NCBI GenBank assembly: GCA_949373075.1
Contig: CASIBX010000008.1
Location: 985-64,984, forward strand
DNA: 64,000 nt
Source: Candidatus Poseidoniaceae archaeon
GTDB taxonomy: Archaea; Thermoplasmatota; Poseidoniia; Poseidoniales; Poseidoniaceae
Reading direction: 5' to 3'
Shown here: piece by piece, positions 11,845-22,360 of the stretch
Layout: each line of letters opens with the position of its first letter
How positions within the stretch are numbered: the stretch's first letter is position 1
Made by a program: the position numbers and the translations under genes
The notes under the pieces: generated by a model
What the model was told of the DNA's origin: nothing
What the model saw: the letters and a program-made list of their open reading frames with translations, nothing else
The model's database searches: none

Positions 11845-14625
11845 ATGGATAACTTGTGGCATACTAAAAGTAGTGACGACGTATTATTGGAATTGGATAC
11901 TCCATTAGGCGGATTATCTTCTTCAGATGCTAATTCCCGTTTAGAAAAATATGGAGAAAATAAATTAGTTGAGCCAGTAAGAACGCATTGGTTCATTCGT
12001 TTTTTATCACAGTATCATGACCCAATGAGTTATCTTTTGATTGGCGCAGGTTTACTGGCACTAGCTATGCATCCGGACCAGCCAGGCGATGCCATTTTCA
12101 TAGCAATTGTACTCACAGCCAATGCTTTCTTTGGTTATTGGCAAGAAAATAAGGCCGAGCAAGAAATGGGAGCTCTCAAACAAATGACAATTTCTAACTG
12201 CATCGTATGCAGGGATGGTTTGGAAATGGAAATCAGTACCGTTGAACTAGTTCCTGGAGATATAGTAAAACTTGATGAGGGATTGAATGTACCAGCAGAT
12301 CTCAGAATCAGTGAATCTTGGCAGTGCAAAGTTGACGAATCTGCATTGACGGGAGAGTCGATGCCGACAAAGACTCACTCCGAACCACTACCACCGGAAA
12401 CCTTGCTAGCAGACCGCAGAAATATGCTTTACATGGGTACTACAATATCCACTGGCAGGTCAGTAGGTATAGTTACATCAACAGGCATGAGTACTGAGTT
12501 AGGTCGCATCGCTAGCGATATTGCCCAAGCCGAGACTCCAAAAACACCCCTAGAACACAAATTAGAATCACTAGGTAAATTCTTAGGATTCATTGCATTG
12601 TTCGTCGCTGCATTAATCGTATCTATCGAATTGATAATCACTTATTTCGAAGGTGGCCCCCTCTGGGCCGCTGCAGAAGAACAACTTCTAATCGCAATAG
12701 CAATTTTCGTAGCTATTGTACCTGAAGGATTGCCGATAATTCTGGTGACCACATTAGCCATTGGAATGCGCAATATGGCCAGGCACAAAGCCATAATCCG
12801 TCGCATGAAAGCAGTTGAGACCTTGGGTTCAACTACCGTTATTTGTACCGATAAAACTGGCACACTAACCAAAAACCAAATGACTGTTCGTCAACTAATG
12901 CTTCCGAATCGCACATATGGAATTAGTGGCGAAGGTTTTGAGCCAGTCGGTAACCTAACTACGGATGGCGTAGACCTTTCGAGTGAAGAAATGTCGTTGC
13001 TTCAGCAGGACTTAGGATTCCGTCTAGCAGCCACCTGTTTGTCCCTTTGCCACAATTCTCAAATCGCCGAGGTTGATGGTGTTTGGTCTGCCATTGGAGA
13101 TCCAACCGATAGTGCATGTGCGGTACTAGGTTACAAAATAAATGGGTCTGTTTCTAAGTTTGCGCAGAGACACCCTAGAACTCATGAGTTCTTCTTCGAT
13201 ACTGAAAGAAAGAGGATGTCTGTAATTCACGATTATGAAGGTGAGCAATGGGTATTCTCTAAAGGTGGTGCTGGTGGATACAAGGATTTGGTTAAGTGGA
13301 AATCTCTCAATGGAGAGATATTACCTATAGCTGATGGTGATATTGAAAATGCAACTTTAGCCAATAAAAATATGGCTAGTAAAGCAATGCGTGTAATTGC
13401 ACTTTGTGCACGTAAAGTGGAGGAAGGCGAAGACATCACAGATATGCACTCGATGGAGAAAAATCTCGTGTTCTTAGGAATGGTCGGCATAATCGACCCG
13501 CCACGCGCTGAAGTATATGATGCGATTAAAAGATGCCAAAATGCAGGTATTCGGGTCAAGATGATTACTGGCGACCAACACATGACTGCCCAGTCGATCG
13601 GAGAGGATTTGAATATCACAAAACCACATATTGATGCAGTTGGCGGCGAACGTTTAGAGAAATTAGATGATTCTGCCATGAGGGATATTGTTGGTAGTAC
13701 TACAATTTTCAGTAGAGTGACTCCCGAACAAAAAATGCGTATTGTTACCGCATTACAAGATGAAGGTGAAGTGGTCGCAATGACAGGCGATGGTGTCAAT
13801 GATGCACCCGCCTTGTCTAGGGCTAACATTGGTATATCCATGGGTATTTCTGGCACAGACGTCGCCAAGGACGCCTCTGACATGGTATTACAAGATGATA
13901 ATTTTGCGAACATAGTTAATGCAGTCGAAGAAGGGCGCAAAATCTATGCTAATATTCGCAATTTCGTGAGATATCAAGTTTCGACAAATGTTGCTGCGGT
14001 TGTTTTACTACTATTGGCGAATATTGTATTCCAATGGCCTTTGCCGCTCACCGCCACTCAAATTTTAGTAATCAACATACTGATGGATGGACCTCCTGCC
14101 GTTGCCCTGGGTGTCGAAAGAATGCACTCAAACGTGATGGACAGGCCCCCGCGCCCAGTCACTGAGGCATTGCCAAATGTGATGGATCTATTACTCATAT
14201 TCTACCTTGGGGCTGTGATGGTCACAGGAACATTGATTGTATACTATGTGGCATTGAGTAATGGTAGTGAAGAATACGCTAGAACAATGTGTTTCAGCGT
14301 ATTTATTATCTTCCAACTATTCAATGTGATGAATTGTAGAAGTGGAGAGGATAGTGTATTCAAACTAGGACTATTCTCAAACCGAGCGATTTATCTAGCT
14401 ATATTCTTCTCTATGAGTTTGCTCATATTAGCCGTCCAGGGCGCTGAACTTACAATTCCTTTGACTTCATTCGAGTTAGGCGAATTACTCTCTACAACAC
14501 CCCTTGAACGCGCTGATTGGTTTGTTGTAATTGTTGTAGCTAGTTCCGTATTCATGGTTGAAGAATTCCGTAAATTATTGAACTCCGCTGGTGTATTCCG
14601 TGTTGGGACCAGTCGCCGCAATTAA
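11845..14625 (+). CDS. P-type cation-transporting ATPase (P2A, Ca2+-type)
   Basis: DESALTGES, VPEGLP, ICTDKTGTLT, DPPR, MITGD, MTGDGVNDAPAL, QIL.IN..MDG.PA. Confidence 0.95.
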   Translation: MDNLWHTKSSDDVLLELDTPLGGLSSSDANSRLEKYGENKLVEPVRTHWFIRFLSQYHDPMSYLLIGAGLLALAMHPDQPGDAIFIAIVLTANAFFGYWQENKAEQEMGALKQMTISNCIVCRDGLEMEISTVELVPGDIVKLDEGLNVPADLRISESWQCKVDESALTGESMPTKTHSEPLPPETLLADRRNMLYMGTTISTGRSVGIVTSTGMSTELGRIASDIAQAETPKTPLEHKLESLGKFLGFIALFVAALIVSIELIITYFEGGPLWAAAEEQLLIAIAIFVAIVPEGLPIILVTTLAIGMRNMARHKAIIRRMKAVETLGSTTVICTDKTGTLTKNQMTVRQLMLPNRTYGISGEGFEPVGNLTTDGVDLSSEEMSLLQQDLGFRLAATCLSLCHNSQIAEVDGVWSAIGDPTDSACAVLGYKINGSVSKFAQRHPRTHEFFFDTERKRMSVIHDYEGEQWVFSKGGAGGYKDLVKWKSLNGEILPIADGDIENATLANKNMASKAMRVIALCARKVEEGEDITDMHSMEKNLVFLGMVGIIDPPRAEVYDAIKRCQNAGIRVKMITGDQHMTAQSIGEDLNITKPHIDAVGGERLEKLDDSAMRDIVGSTTIFSRVTPEQKMRIVTALQDEGEVVAMTGDGVNDAPALSRANIGISMGISGTDVAKDASDMVLQDDNFANIVNAVEEGRKIYANIRNFVRYQVSTNVAAVVLLLLANIVFQWPLPLTATQILVINILMDGPPAVALGVERMHSNVMDRPPRPVTEALPNVMDLLLIFYLGAVMVTGTLIVYYVALSNGSEEYARTMCFSVFIIFQLFNVMNCRSGEDSVFKLGLFSNRAIYLAIFFSMSLLILAVQGAELTIPLTSFELGELLSTTPLERADWFVVIVVASSVFMVEEFRKLLNSAGVFRVGTSRRN

Positions 14626-14662
14626 GGGTTGGATTCAATAATAACCGTCCCTGCGCCATATC

Positions 14663-15853
14663 ATGGCTGCTGGTGAGTTCTCCGGTTGGAGAGAAAAGCT
14701 CTCAACATCCCTACTTGCTGAACAATGGCCCGATGAATTACAAAGCATAGTTACCAAACTTGCAAACGGAGTTTCATTAAACCGTGAAGATGGGCACATA
14801 TTGTTCAATTCAAAAAATTTAGATTCGATAGGAAGCATTGCAAACATCATCAAGTACTCTCGTTTTGAAGATAGAGCTTTTTTCAATGTCAACGTTCACA
14901 TAAATCAGACCAATATTTGCACTCTAGCGTGTAAGTTTTGTGCATTCCGCCGTGGCCGTAGGGCCCCAGACGCATATCAACTAGATGTTGACGAATACAT
15001 AGAGGATTTAAGACAATATTCAGATCATGTGGATGAAGTACACTCTGTAGGCGGGCTGCACCCCGAATGGGATGTTGAACATTACATGAAATTGTTTTCA
15101 TCAGTGAAGAAAGAATTTCCAGACATACACATCAAAGCACTTACTGCTGTTGAAATCAAACACCTAGCCAACTTATCTGGCCTATCGATTAAAGATACTT
15201 TGAGTTCATTACACGACTCAGGATTAGACTCTTTGCCAGGCGGAGGTGCTGAAATTTTAGATGATGAAGTACGCCGAATAATATGTAATGGTAAAGAGTC
15301 GTCACAAGAGTATCTTGATATTCATAGAACAGCCCATGAATTAGGCATTCCAACAAATTGTACAATGCTATTTGGTACAGTTGAATCCATTGACCAAAGA
15401 TTAACTCACCTTCTAAGGCTCAGGGAGTTACAATCAGAATCAAATGGATTCCAATGTTTCGTGCCCTACCCGTACTTACCGGATGATTCTCGCCTGCCGC
15501 AGGCTCAATTGGCCACAGGTACAGAAGTACTGCGAATGATAGCAATATCGCGCATCATGTTAGATAATATCCCTCATATCAAAGCCTACAGAATGAATAT
15601 CGGCGACGAGATTGCTGAATTGGCTCTTAGGTTTGGAGCAGATGATATCGACGGCACTGTCCAAAAAGAATCGATTATGCATTTGGCCGGTTCTAAAGCA
15701 CCATTAGACCACGACAAGGCTCAGTTAGCAAAACTGGTGATTGATGCAGGCGCAAGGCCTATCCGTAGAAATACAGTTTATTCATCTTTTGAAGAATACA
15801 TAATACCAAAAGTAACCAAAACACGAAATCTCCGTATGGCGGCTGGTGATTGA
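14663..15853 (+). CDS. mqnE: CofH/MqnE-family radical SAM enzyme, probably aminofutalosine synthase
   Basis: NQTNICTLACKFCAF, VGGLHP, HIKALTAVEI, SLPGGGAEI, HIKAY, FGADDIDGTV..E.I.H.AG; overlaps mqnA. Confidence 0.85.
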   Translation: MAAGEFSGWREKLSTSLLAEQWPDELQSIVTKLANGVSLNREDGHILFNSKNLDSIGSIANIIKYSRFEDRAFFNVNVHINQTNICTLACKFCAFRRGRRAPDAYQLDVDEYIEDLRQYSDHVDEVHSVGGLHPEWDVEHYMKLFSSVKKEFPDIHIKALTAVEIKHLANLSGLSIKDTLSSLHDSGLDSLPGGGAEILDDEVRRIICNGKESSQEYLDIHRTAHELGIPTNCTMLFGTVESIDQRLTHLLRLRELQSESNGFQCFVPYPYLPDDSRLPQAQLATGTEVLRMIAISRIMLDNIPHIKAYRMNIGDEIAELALRFGADDIDGTVQKESIMHLAGSKAPLDHDKAQLAKLVIDAGARPIRRNTVYSSFEEYIIPKVTKTRNLRMAAGD

Positions 15854-16640
15854 TGTGTGGAATCGAACTATAGGTCGGGTTGCATTCATCAATTGCGACC
15901 CATTATTTCATGGATTAGATGAATCCTGGAATGTTCTACCCGCACCACCTTCTTGGTTAACTGGACATTTGTTACGTAAGGACTGTATTATTGCGCCAAT
16001 ACCTGCGGCAGATTATGCCAAAAATTCCGATGAGTTAGTTCTAATTCCAGATCTTGCTATATCTAGCAAGGGAGAAGTCGGAAGTGTCCTCTTATTTGGT
16101 TCGGTAAATGTAGAGGATATGAAATCAATCGCATTGCCCTCTGATTCTGCAACTTCAGTTGCTCTATTGAGACATTTAATCAAGTTACGAGGCTTAAACC
16201 CCGAATTTATTGAAATGGGACCTGATTTAGAGGGCATGCTGGATAAATGCGATGGATGCTTACTAATTGGAGATAGAGCCCTTGAGGAGTCTTCAGATAA
16301 TCCAAAACTAGTGAAAATGGATCTAGGTTCTGAATGGAGGAAAGTTAGTGGCCACCCGATGGTATTCGGTGTTTTTGCAGCAAGGAAGGACTCTGACGTA
16401 ACATTAGTTAAATCCGCTCATGCTGCACTTATGGAGCGACTTGTGAAATTTGAAAACGACAGTATGACTCGCAGCGAAGTCATTCGGGCTAGCAGCATCA
16501 AATCGTCTCAGAGCGTAGAAAGACTAGAGACCTATTTTGGTGAAGTAATCAATAGAATTGACCCTGAAGACATGGGGGGATTGAAAGCATTCCTAAATGA
16601 GGCCTGTGGGATGATTAAGGTCCCATCTATGGCTTGGTAA
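15846..16640 (+). CDS. mqnA: Chorismate dehydratase (menaquinone futalosine pathway)
   Basis: GRVAFINCDPL, G.V.SV.L, SATSVAL, LLIGDRAL, DLG.EW...G.PMVFGVFA. Confidence 0.88.
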   Translation: MIDVWNRTIGRVAFINCDPLFHGLDESWNVLPAPPSWLTGHLLRKDCIIAPIPAADYAKNSDELVLIPDLAISSKGEVGSVLLFGSVNVEDMKSIALPSDSATSVALLRHLIKLRGLNPEFIEMGPDLEGMLDKCDGCLLIGDRALEESSDNPKLVKMDLGSEWRKVSGHPMVFGVFAARKDSDVTLVKSAHAALMERLVKFENDSMTRSEVIRASSIKSSQSVERLETYFGEVINRIDPEDMGGLKAFLNEACGMIKVPSMAW

Positions 16641-19034
16641 TCATTCATCAGATAGGAAATCAGACACGAGATCACCTTGCATCTTTTCCTCATCTATGTT
16701 ATTATCATCAGAAGTTGACTTTTTCTTTCTTCTGACTGGTTTGCGTTTCTTCTTTTTCTCTTGTTTATCCTGCTCTTCAACTACATCAACTGTAGTCTCT
16801 TCAACAGTTTCAACTACAGTCTCAATAATATCATCATCAGTTTCCACTACCGAGATATCTAATTCGTGTTCATTCTTACGGACCTTACGAGTTTTAATTG
16901 CTTTTTCAACAGGCACTGCTACCCTTTTCTTAGTGATTACTGTTTTATTTTCATCTTTAGATGCCAATTTCTTTCTTTTTGTTTTCATAACAGGGCCATC
17001 TCTATTCAAATCCATATCTGTTGAGACTTGTCTTTTCTTGGCGAGAACCGGAGTTTCTGCAGAGGTGCTGTACATACTACGCTTCTTTGAAGGTGGTGTC
17101 CGTTTCGGCGGAGTTCTATCGGCGGTAGGTTGTTTACTTCCCAAATCATCACTTTCAACATTCAAATCCGCAGCGATTTCACTTTCATCCACTTCATCTT
17201 CTAAGTCGAATTCAATCGCATTTTCTCGGCGTATGAACAGTAGAGCGCACATGGATAGTACTCCGAAGTATAGTAAGAAAGCAACCGGGTGAATGGCCCA
17301 AGATACTATGTTTTCCAAAATAGTAGGTTCTACCTCGACGTACTTTTCCAGAGTAACTCCACCTGTAGAATCACCGTTATTCCACCATAATGGAATATTT
17401 TGTGAAATGGCTCCGTCTCCAGTATATGTTACTGCAATTGGATGTGCGGGAGCTAGCCATGCTATTGACCCGTCCGTAGGCATGGGCTGTTCAAGTAATG
17501 AGATATCAACAGGTAGTGAAATAGTACTCGAATAGCTGAAGGTTGTAATTATAGATAGAGTGATTTGTGTTGTGGAATCTCCTTTTCTAATCATTTCCAA
17601 ACCGGAAACAACAATACAATCGATTGTTGCATCGCCAAGTTCACCATTAGATAGGTAAATTGACTCTCTCCATTGTTCAATTATATCGTTTTGGTCAATG
17701 TTGGCACACATCGCGCTAGCGAATAATTCTGCCTCATTTGCACTTATTTTTTGGTCGGCTGCTAATGCACTACGGCTCAAATTACGGATGTGGCTGGAAT
17801 GTTCAGTTGGTAATGTTATACTGTCCGAAATAGTAAAACTATCAGCCACATCTATCGTGATACTCCTGATTTTTGAAAGTTCGGGATATCTGGAGCAAGG
17901 TGTCCCGATAGGTGCGTCGCAACCAATATCATCATCCCATTGGTCAATTATGCCATCGCCGTCATCATCATTATCGAGGTTGTCTGGGACTGAATCTCCG
18001 TCTAAGTCAGCACCTGGTTCATTGAAGCCATCGGGAATTGATTCCCTTAGATAAACGGCTAATTGCCCCGTACCTGCCGCCACATACAATGCCTGTAGTC
18101 TACCAAAGTCGTCATCGATAAAGGCTATGTCCTTTATTTCATGGAAAAAATTAGTTCTTTTAATTTCACTGAAACTTTGATAATCATAGGTTAATAGCCC
18201 TTTGAATACATCTGAATCACAAGAGATGTGCATTCGAGTACCAATCTCTGAAAACAGTATTTGTTGTGCGCCATTTACTTGAATCAAATGGTTTTCAGAT
18301 CCAGATAATGTTCTTGACATCAAACTACCATCCCGGCCCAACAAGACAATATCTTGTCCGTCAGGGCTGAACTTACAATCGATGAGTTCTTCGCCATAAT
18401 CTCGTGCAACTCCTTGTAAATATCCACTAGAGTTCCACATGGCATAACGACCTGATTCATCACCTGTAACAATATATTCTCCATCATACCTGAAGTCAAT
18501 ACAAGTGATATCCACATTATGAACTCCATAAAGGGTGTCTTTTACCGACAAATCCGATGTGCGGTAGAACTCCACATCGCCTTCTGGCCCAGGCGCTGCA
18601 ATATATTGACCATCAGGGCTCCAAGCAATGTCGACTGCTCTATCATCAGCTAGAGCGTTTTGGTCCAACACTGTCAAGGATGAGATTTCAATCAACTTTA
18701 GTGACTCCCTAACTTGGACGCTGGAGCCTTTGTTTATTGCTAGCAATTCACCATTTGGTGAAAACTCCATTGCAGATACTCTTCCAAATGGGAAACTAGT
18801 AATTTTATCCAATGTTTCAGCATCGAATAACACAACTTCACCACCATGCACAGAGGCCAAAATCGTATTGTTGGTATTAATTGCAACCATATCTCCTTCG
18901 TCTACATCATAAGATGACCATGTTGAATCCATGTATGTTAATCCAGTGGGCACTGCTGATGACATTGGCATAAACAGCACAATAATTACCATCGCGATTA
19001 GGGTACTTCTATTTCTCAAAAAACCCCTCCACAA
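16641..19034 (-). CDS. Secreted, membrane-anchored WD40-like beta-propeller protein with TSP3-like Ca-binding motif and Lys/Glu-rich tail
   Basis: Signal peptide; repeats FSPNG, WSPDG, FRYDG, FSPDG; DLDGDSVPDNLDNDDDGDGIID; one TM; charged C-terminus. Confidence 0.8.
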   Translation of the reverse strand: MWRGFLRNRSTLIAMVIIVLFMPMSSAVPTGLTYMDSTWSSYDVDEGDMVAINTNNTILASVHGGEVVLFDAETLDKITSFPFGRVSAMEFSPNGELLAINKGSSVQVRESLKLIEISSLTVLDQNALADDRAVDIAWSPDGQYIAAPGPEGDVEFYRTSDLSVKDTLYGVHNVDITCIDFRYDGEYIVTGDESGRYAMWNSSGYLQGVARDYGEELIDCKFSPDGQDIVLLGRDGSLMSRTLSGSENHLIQVNGAQQILFSEIGTRMHISCDSDVFKGLLTYDYQSFSEIKRTNFFHEIKDIAFIDDDFGRLQALYVAAGTGQLAVYLRESIPDGFNEPGADLDGDSVPDNLDNDDDGDGIIDQWDDDIGCDAPIGTPCSRYPELSKIRSITIDVADSFTISDSITLPTEHSSHIRNLSRSALAADQKISANEAELFASAMCANIDQNDIIEQWRESIYLSNGELGDATIDCIVVSGLEMIRKGDSTTQITLSIITTFSYSSTISLPVDISLLEQPMPTDGSIAWLAPAHPIAVTYTGDGAISQNIPLWWNNGDSTGGVTLEKYVEVEPTILENIVSWAIHPVAFLLYFGVLSMCALLFIRRENAIEFDLEDEVDESEIAADLNVESDDLGSKQPTADRTPPKRTPPSKKRSMYSTSAETPVLAKKRQVSTDMDLNRDGPVMKTKRKKLASKDENKTVITKKRVAVPVEKAIKTRKVRKNEHELDISVVETDDDIIETVVETVEETTVDVVEEQDKQEKKKKRKPVRRKKKSTSDDNNIDEEKMQGDLVSDFLSDE

Positions 19035-19161
19035 TTCTTGTTAGAACCATTAACCTTGAAAGCATAACGGAGGATATAACGATATTATGGCCTTTTATTC
19101 ACAATTATTACTTGCGAGGTCAGATACCACTATTCAAAAACCCCGTTCATTTAGCATCATC

Positions 19162-19821
19162 ATGGACGGTAGTGTATCAGTGGATGATGCTATTGCCCTC
19201 AATGTTGGCGGCATGACTTGTGAATCATGCGAAACAATAGTTCACGAAGCATTGATTTCTATTGAAGGGGTCAAATCAGCAATCGTGTCTCACGAAGAAT
19301 CTTCTGCAATCGTTTATTCAGATGGAATAACCAGAGACACTTTATCGATTGCAATCAGAGACACAGGATATTCTGTTGATGGTTTGGTGACCGGTTTCAG
19401 TTGGAGTGACATGAGTGTTTGGAAACAATCCGCTCACAACACCAAGTGGTGCCTTATTGGATGCTCAATAGGCGACTTCGGGACTATTGCTGCATTCCAA
19501 TTTATATTCACCGATTCGGGATGGAGCACTATGAATATAATGATCCTAGCAGTTATCAATGGCTTATTGACATCTATAGCACTGGAAACAATCATTTTGG
19601 CCAAACAAATGGGCTTCTCCGAGGGATTGAAAGTTGCAATCGGGATGTCCTTCATTTCTATGGTCGCAATGGAATCATCGATGAATGTCACAGATTATTT
19701 GATGACCGGCGGAGCTATGTTGACATGGTGGGCAGTTCCTATCATGCTATTTGTTGGTTTTATTACTCCTTGGCCATACAATTACTGGAGGCTAAAGAAA
19801 TACGGCAAAGCATGCCATTGA
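19162..19821 (+). CDS. Heavy-metal-associated (HMA) domain fused to DUF4396-like membrane domain
   Basis: GMTCESC HMA motif; NTKWCLIGCSIGDFGTI...SMVAME...PWPYNYWRLKKYGKACH. Confidence 0.82.
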   Translation: MDGSVSVDDAIALNVGGMTCESCETIVHEALISIEGVKSAIVSHEESSAIVYSDGITRDTLSIAIRDTGYSVDGLVTGFSWSDMSVWKQSAHNTKWCLIGCSIGDFGTIAAFQFIFTDSGWSTMNIMILAVINGLLTSIALETIILAKQMGFSEGLKVAIGMSFISMVAMESSMNVTDYLMTGGAMLTWWAVPIMLFVGFITPWPYNYWRLKKYGKACH

Positions 19822-19830
19822 GGCGATATT

Positions 19831-20718
19831 ATGGAAACAAAATTACCAAAAGATGAACAAGGCAACCTGATTGTTAGAATAGGTCATTCCCCTGACCCGG
19901 ATGATGCATTTATGTTTCATGCAATGACGACCAACGCCTTCCCTACGCCAGGATATAATTTCGTCCATGAATTACAAGATATTGAAACACTAAACCACAG
20001 GGCAATGCGTAAGGAATTGGAAGTATCTGCTGTAAGTATACACGCATTTCCAGATATCGCCAAGGATTATGCCTTGATGAACTGTGGTGCATCTATGGGT
20101 GAAGGGTATGGTCCAATGATTGTTGCTAAACAAGGAGTCTCGCTAGAAGATGCAAAATCGAGACCAATTGCCATTCCTGGTTTCAAGACAAGTGCATATA
20201 TGGGGATTAGATTATGCTGGGGCGATTTACAATACGAAGTAGTACCTTTTGATGAGATTATCCCGAGAATTCTTGATGGCACATATTCATCTGGCTTGAT
20301 TATTCATGAAGGACAGCTGACATACGTTGATCATGAACTGAACGTTCTAGTCGATTTAGGGGTTTGGTGGAATGATAAAACCGGCGGATTACCTATGCCG
20401 CTTGGTGGGAATGTAGTCAGGCGCGATTTAGGGCAGAAAATAATGGAAGATGTCACACTGTACACGAAGATGAGTATAGAGCATTCAATTAAAAACCCAG
20501 ATATTGCATTAGAGTTTGCAAAGAAATGGGGGCGTGGTATCGATGACGAAACCAATAGAGAGTTCGTTACCATGTACGTTAATGATAGGACTATTGATTA
20601 CAAACCAGAGGGCAGAGAATCGATTAGACTATTTTTGAAAGAAGGCCAGAGAATCGGTTTGATAGATGGGGAGTTCGATGTAGATGGCCTCAAATTTATT
20701 GGCTCCCCTGAAGAATGA
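19831..20718 (+). CDS. mqnD: 1,4-dihydroxy-6-naphthoate synthase
   Basis: GHSPDPDDAFMF, DIETLN, GASMG.GYGP, LIIHEGQLTY, DLG.WW...TGLP.PLG, MYVN. Confidence 0.92.
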   Translation: METKLPKDEQGNLIVRIGHSPDPDDAFMFHAMTTNAFPTPGYNFVHELQDIETLNHRAMRKELEVSAVSIHAFPDIAKDYALMNCGASMGEGYGPMIVAKQGVSLEDAKSRPIAIPGFKTSAYMGIRLCWGDLQYEVVPFDEIIPRILDGTYSSGLIIHEGQLTYVDHELNVLVDLGVWWNDKTGGLPMPLGGNVVRRDLGQKIMEDVTLYTKMSIEHSIKNPDIALEFAKKWGRGIDDETNREFVTMYVNDRTIDYKPEGRESIRLFLKEGQRIGLIDGEFDVDGLKFIGSPEE

Positions 20719-20839
20719 ACTCTAGTTCAAATATTCATGATAGTCGTATTGACTGCTAAGTTTGTATGTTGACGGCTGGGTGCGGGTTTTACGTACACCA
20801 CATTGAAAGACTACAGGCTCCACCCCCCAACTGAGCACT

Positions 20840-21043
20840 ATGCCACACGACCATATCCAACTCGCTCAAACGCCTAATGGTGAACTAGGTCCGCGCTGCA
20901 AAACCTGCGGGGATAGGCTTACTTTCGGAGAAGCGATGATTATCGACCAGAATTATTTCTGCTGGGAACATTATGTTTCTATTACAGGAGCAGACACTGC
21001 AACTGTGGAAATTAAGCGCGAAACACGTTTTTGGAAAGAGTGA
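20840..21043 (+). CDS. Small putative Zn-finger protein (CxxC...CxxH)
   Basis: 67 aa, RCKTCG...YFCWEHY. Confidence 0.7.
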   Translation: MPHDHIQLAQTPNGELGPRCKTCGDRLTFGEAMIIDQNYFCWEHYVSITGADTATVEIKRETRFWKE

Positions 21044-21087
21044 AGATTCAAGGAGCCCCACCAATCACCTCTGCTTGAGGTGGCATC

Positions 21088-22278
21088 ATTTCAGGTTGGG
21101 CTAGATTCGCACATCGGTTTACTCAGTACTATCGTACAGCCGATTTTTGGACACCACCTCGTCTACGGACAAGAGAATGGATGTTCATCCCATTTGGTGG
21201 CGGAACACCACTTAGACACAAGGCGTTTTCTGACATGAATAGCGTCCGCAATTTCTTGTGCGAGAGGCCTCAGCATTCGTGTTTTTACTCAACTGCATAT
21301 TGGAAAAGGCCTCATGAATTGAAAATGGCAGACAAGGACTGGCTGGGTGCAGATCTTATCTTCGATTTAGATGGGGACCATTTACCAGGAGTTACTGACA
21401 AGGACTTCCCTGGGATGATAAAAGTCATCCAAGAACAGGCATGGTCCCTTTGGAATGATTTTCTAGAGCCCGATTTTGGATTCGACAAGGAATACTTGCA
21501 AGTTACATTTTCAGGCCACAGGGGTTTCCATTTACACTACAGGGACCCATCATATCTCCACCTGGGCTCTGAAGCTCGAAGAGAGTTGGTAAGCCACATT
21601 AGAGGAGAAGGAGTGGAAGTTAGCGACCTATTGGATCGTTCTAGACATCCAGAAGCCACCGGTTGGGCTAAGCGTGTTGGTCATGGAATCGAGTCTGTAG
21701 TCGAAAAATTAGATATGATTCATTCAGGCGATACTGCCACTCTCAGAACATTGACTTCTGCATTAAAAGAAATGATGGATAGAGAAGGAATGAAGGGTTT
21801 GAGGGGTAAATCTAGCGTTGAAAAATTATCAGAACTCATGCAATCTCCCAGCCGTAGAGAGCGTGTGTTGGATGGCAGGATTGCGGCCCTGAATAATCAT
21901 GCAGTGCTGTTTCAAAATCTAATACGTGCAGATACTAGCGTAGTTTTAGGTAATGCGGGAGAAACCGATGAAGTTGTAACTATCGATACACGCAGGCAGA
22001 TAAGATGGCCGGGTTCATTACACGGTAAGACAGGTATGCGTGTAACCGAATTCCCATTAGATCGCCTAGATCCAGATGGTTCGAATCCGTTTAATTGTTT
22101 AAGCGAAGGAATTGCATTGTCTCGACAAGAAAAAGTAAGGGTTGAAATGACGGTTGATGATGCCATCGCACAGTTTGACAATACTGTAATTGATGCCTCT
22201 ATTGGAGACATATTTGAAATCCATGAAGCCGGCGCTACATTCCTAATTTTGAAAGGTTGGGCCCGTTTGTCTAATTAG
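21088..22278 (+). CDS. priS: DNA primase small (catalytic) subunit; start probably ATT at 21088 (first ATG at 21181)
   Basis: YSTAYW..P..M..K.WLGADLIFDLDGDHL, FSGHRGFH, DEVVTID..R.IR.PGSLHGKTG; upstream in-frame F.QYY...PP.L..REW. Confidence 0.93.
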   Translation: MSGWARFAHRFTQYYRTADFWTPPRLRTREWMFIPFGGGTPLRHKAFSDMNSVRNFLCERPQHSCFYSTAYWKRPHELKMADKDWLGADLIFDLDGDHLPGVTDKDFPGMIKVIQEQAWSLWNDFLEPDFGFDKEYLQVTFSGHRGFHLHYRDPSYLHLGSEARRELVSHIRGEGVEVSDLLDRSRHPEATGWAKRVGHGIESVVEKLDMIHSGDTATLRTLTSALKEMMDREGMKGLRGKSSVEKLSELMQSPSRRERVLDGRIAALNNHAVLFQNLIRADTSVVLGNAGETDEVVTIDTRRQIRWPGSLHGKTGMRVTEFPLDRLDPDGSNPFNCLSEGIALSRQEKVRVEMTVDDAIAQFDNTVIDASIGDIFEIHEAGATFLILKGWARLSN

Positions 22279-22360
22279 TGTTGATACCATACGAAGTATG
22301 GTGCTTTCAATGGGAATGTTCAAGGGCAGATTACTGCCCACGAGGGATGAGGTGCATACG

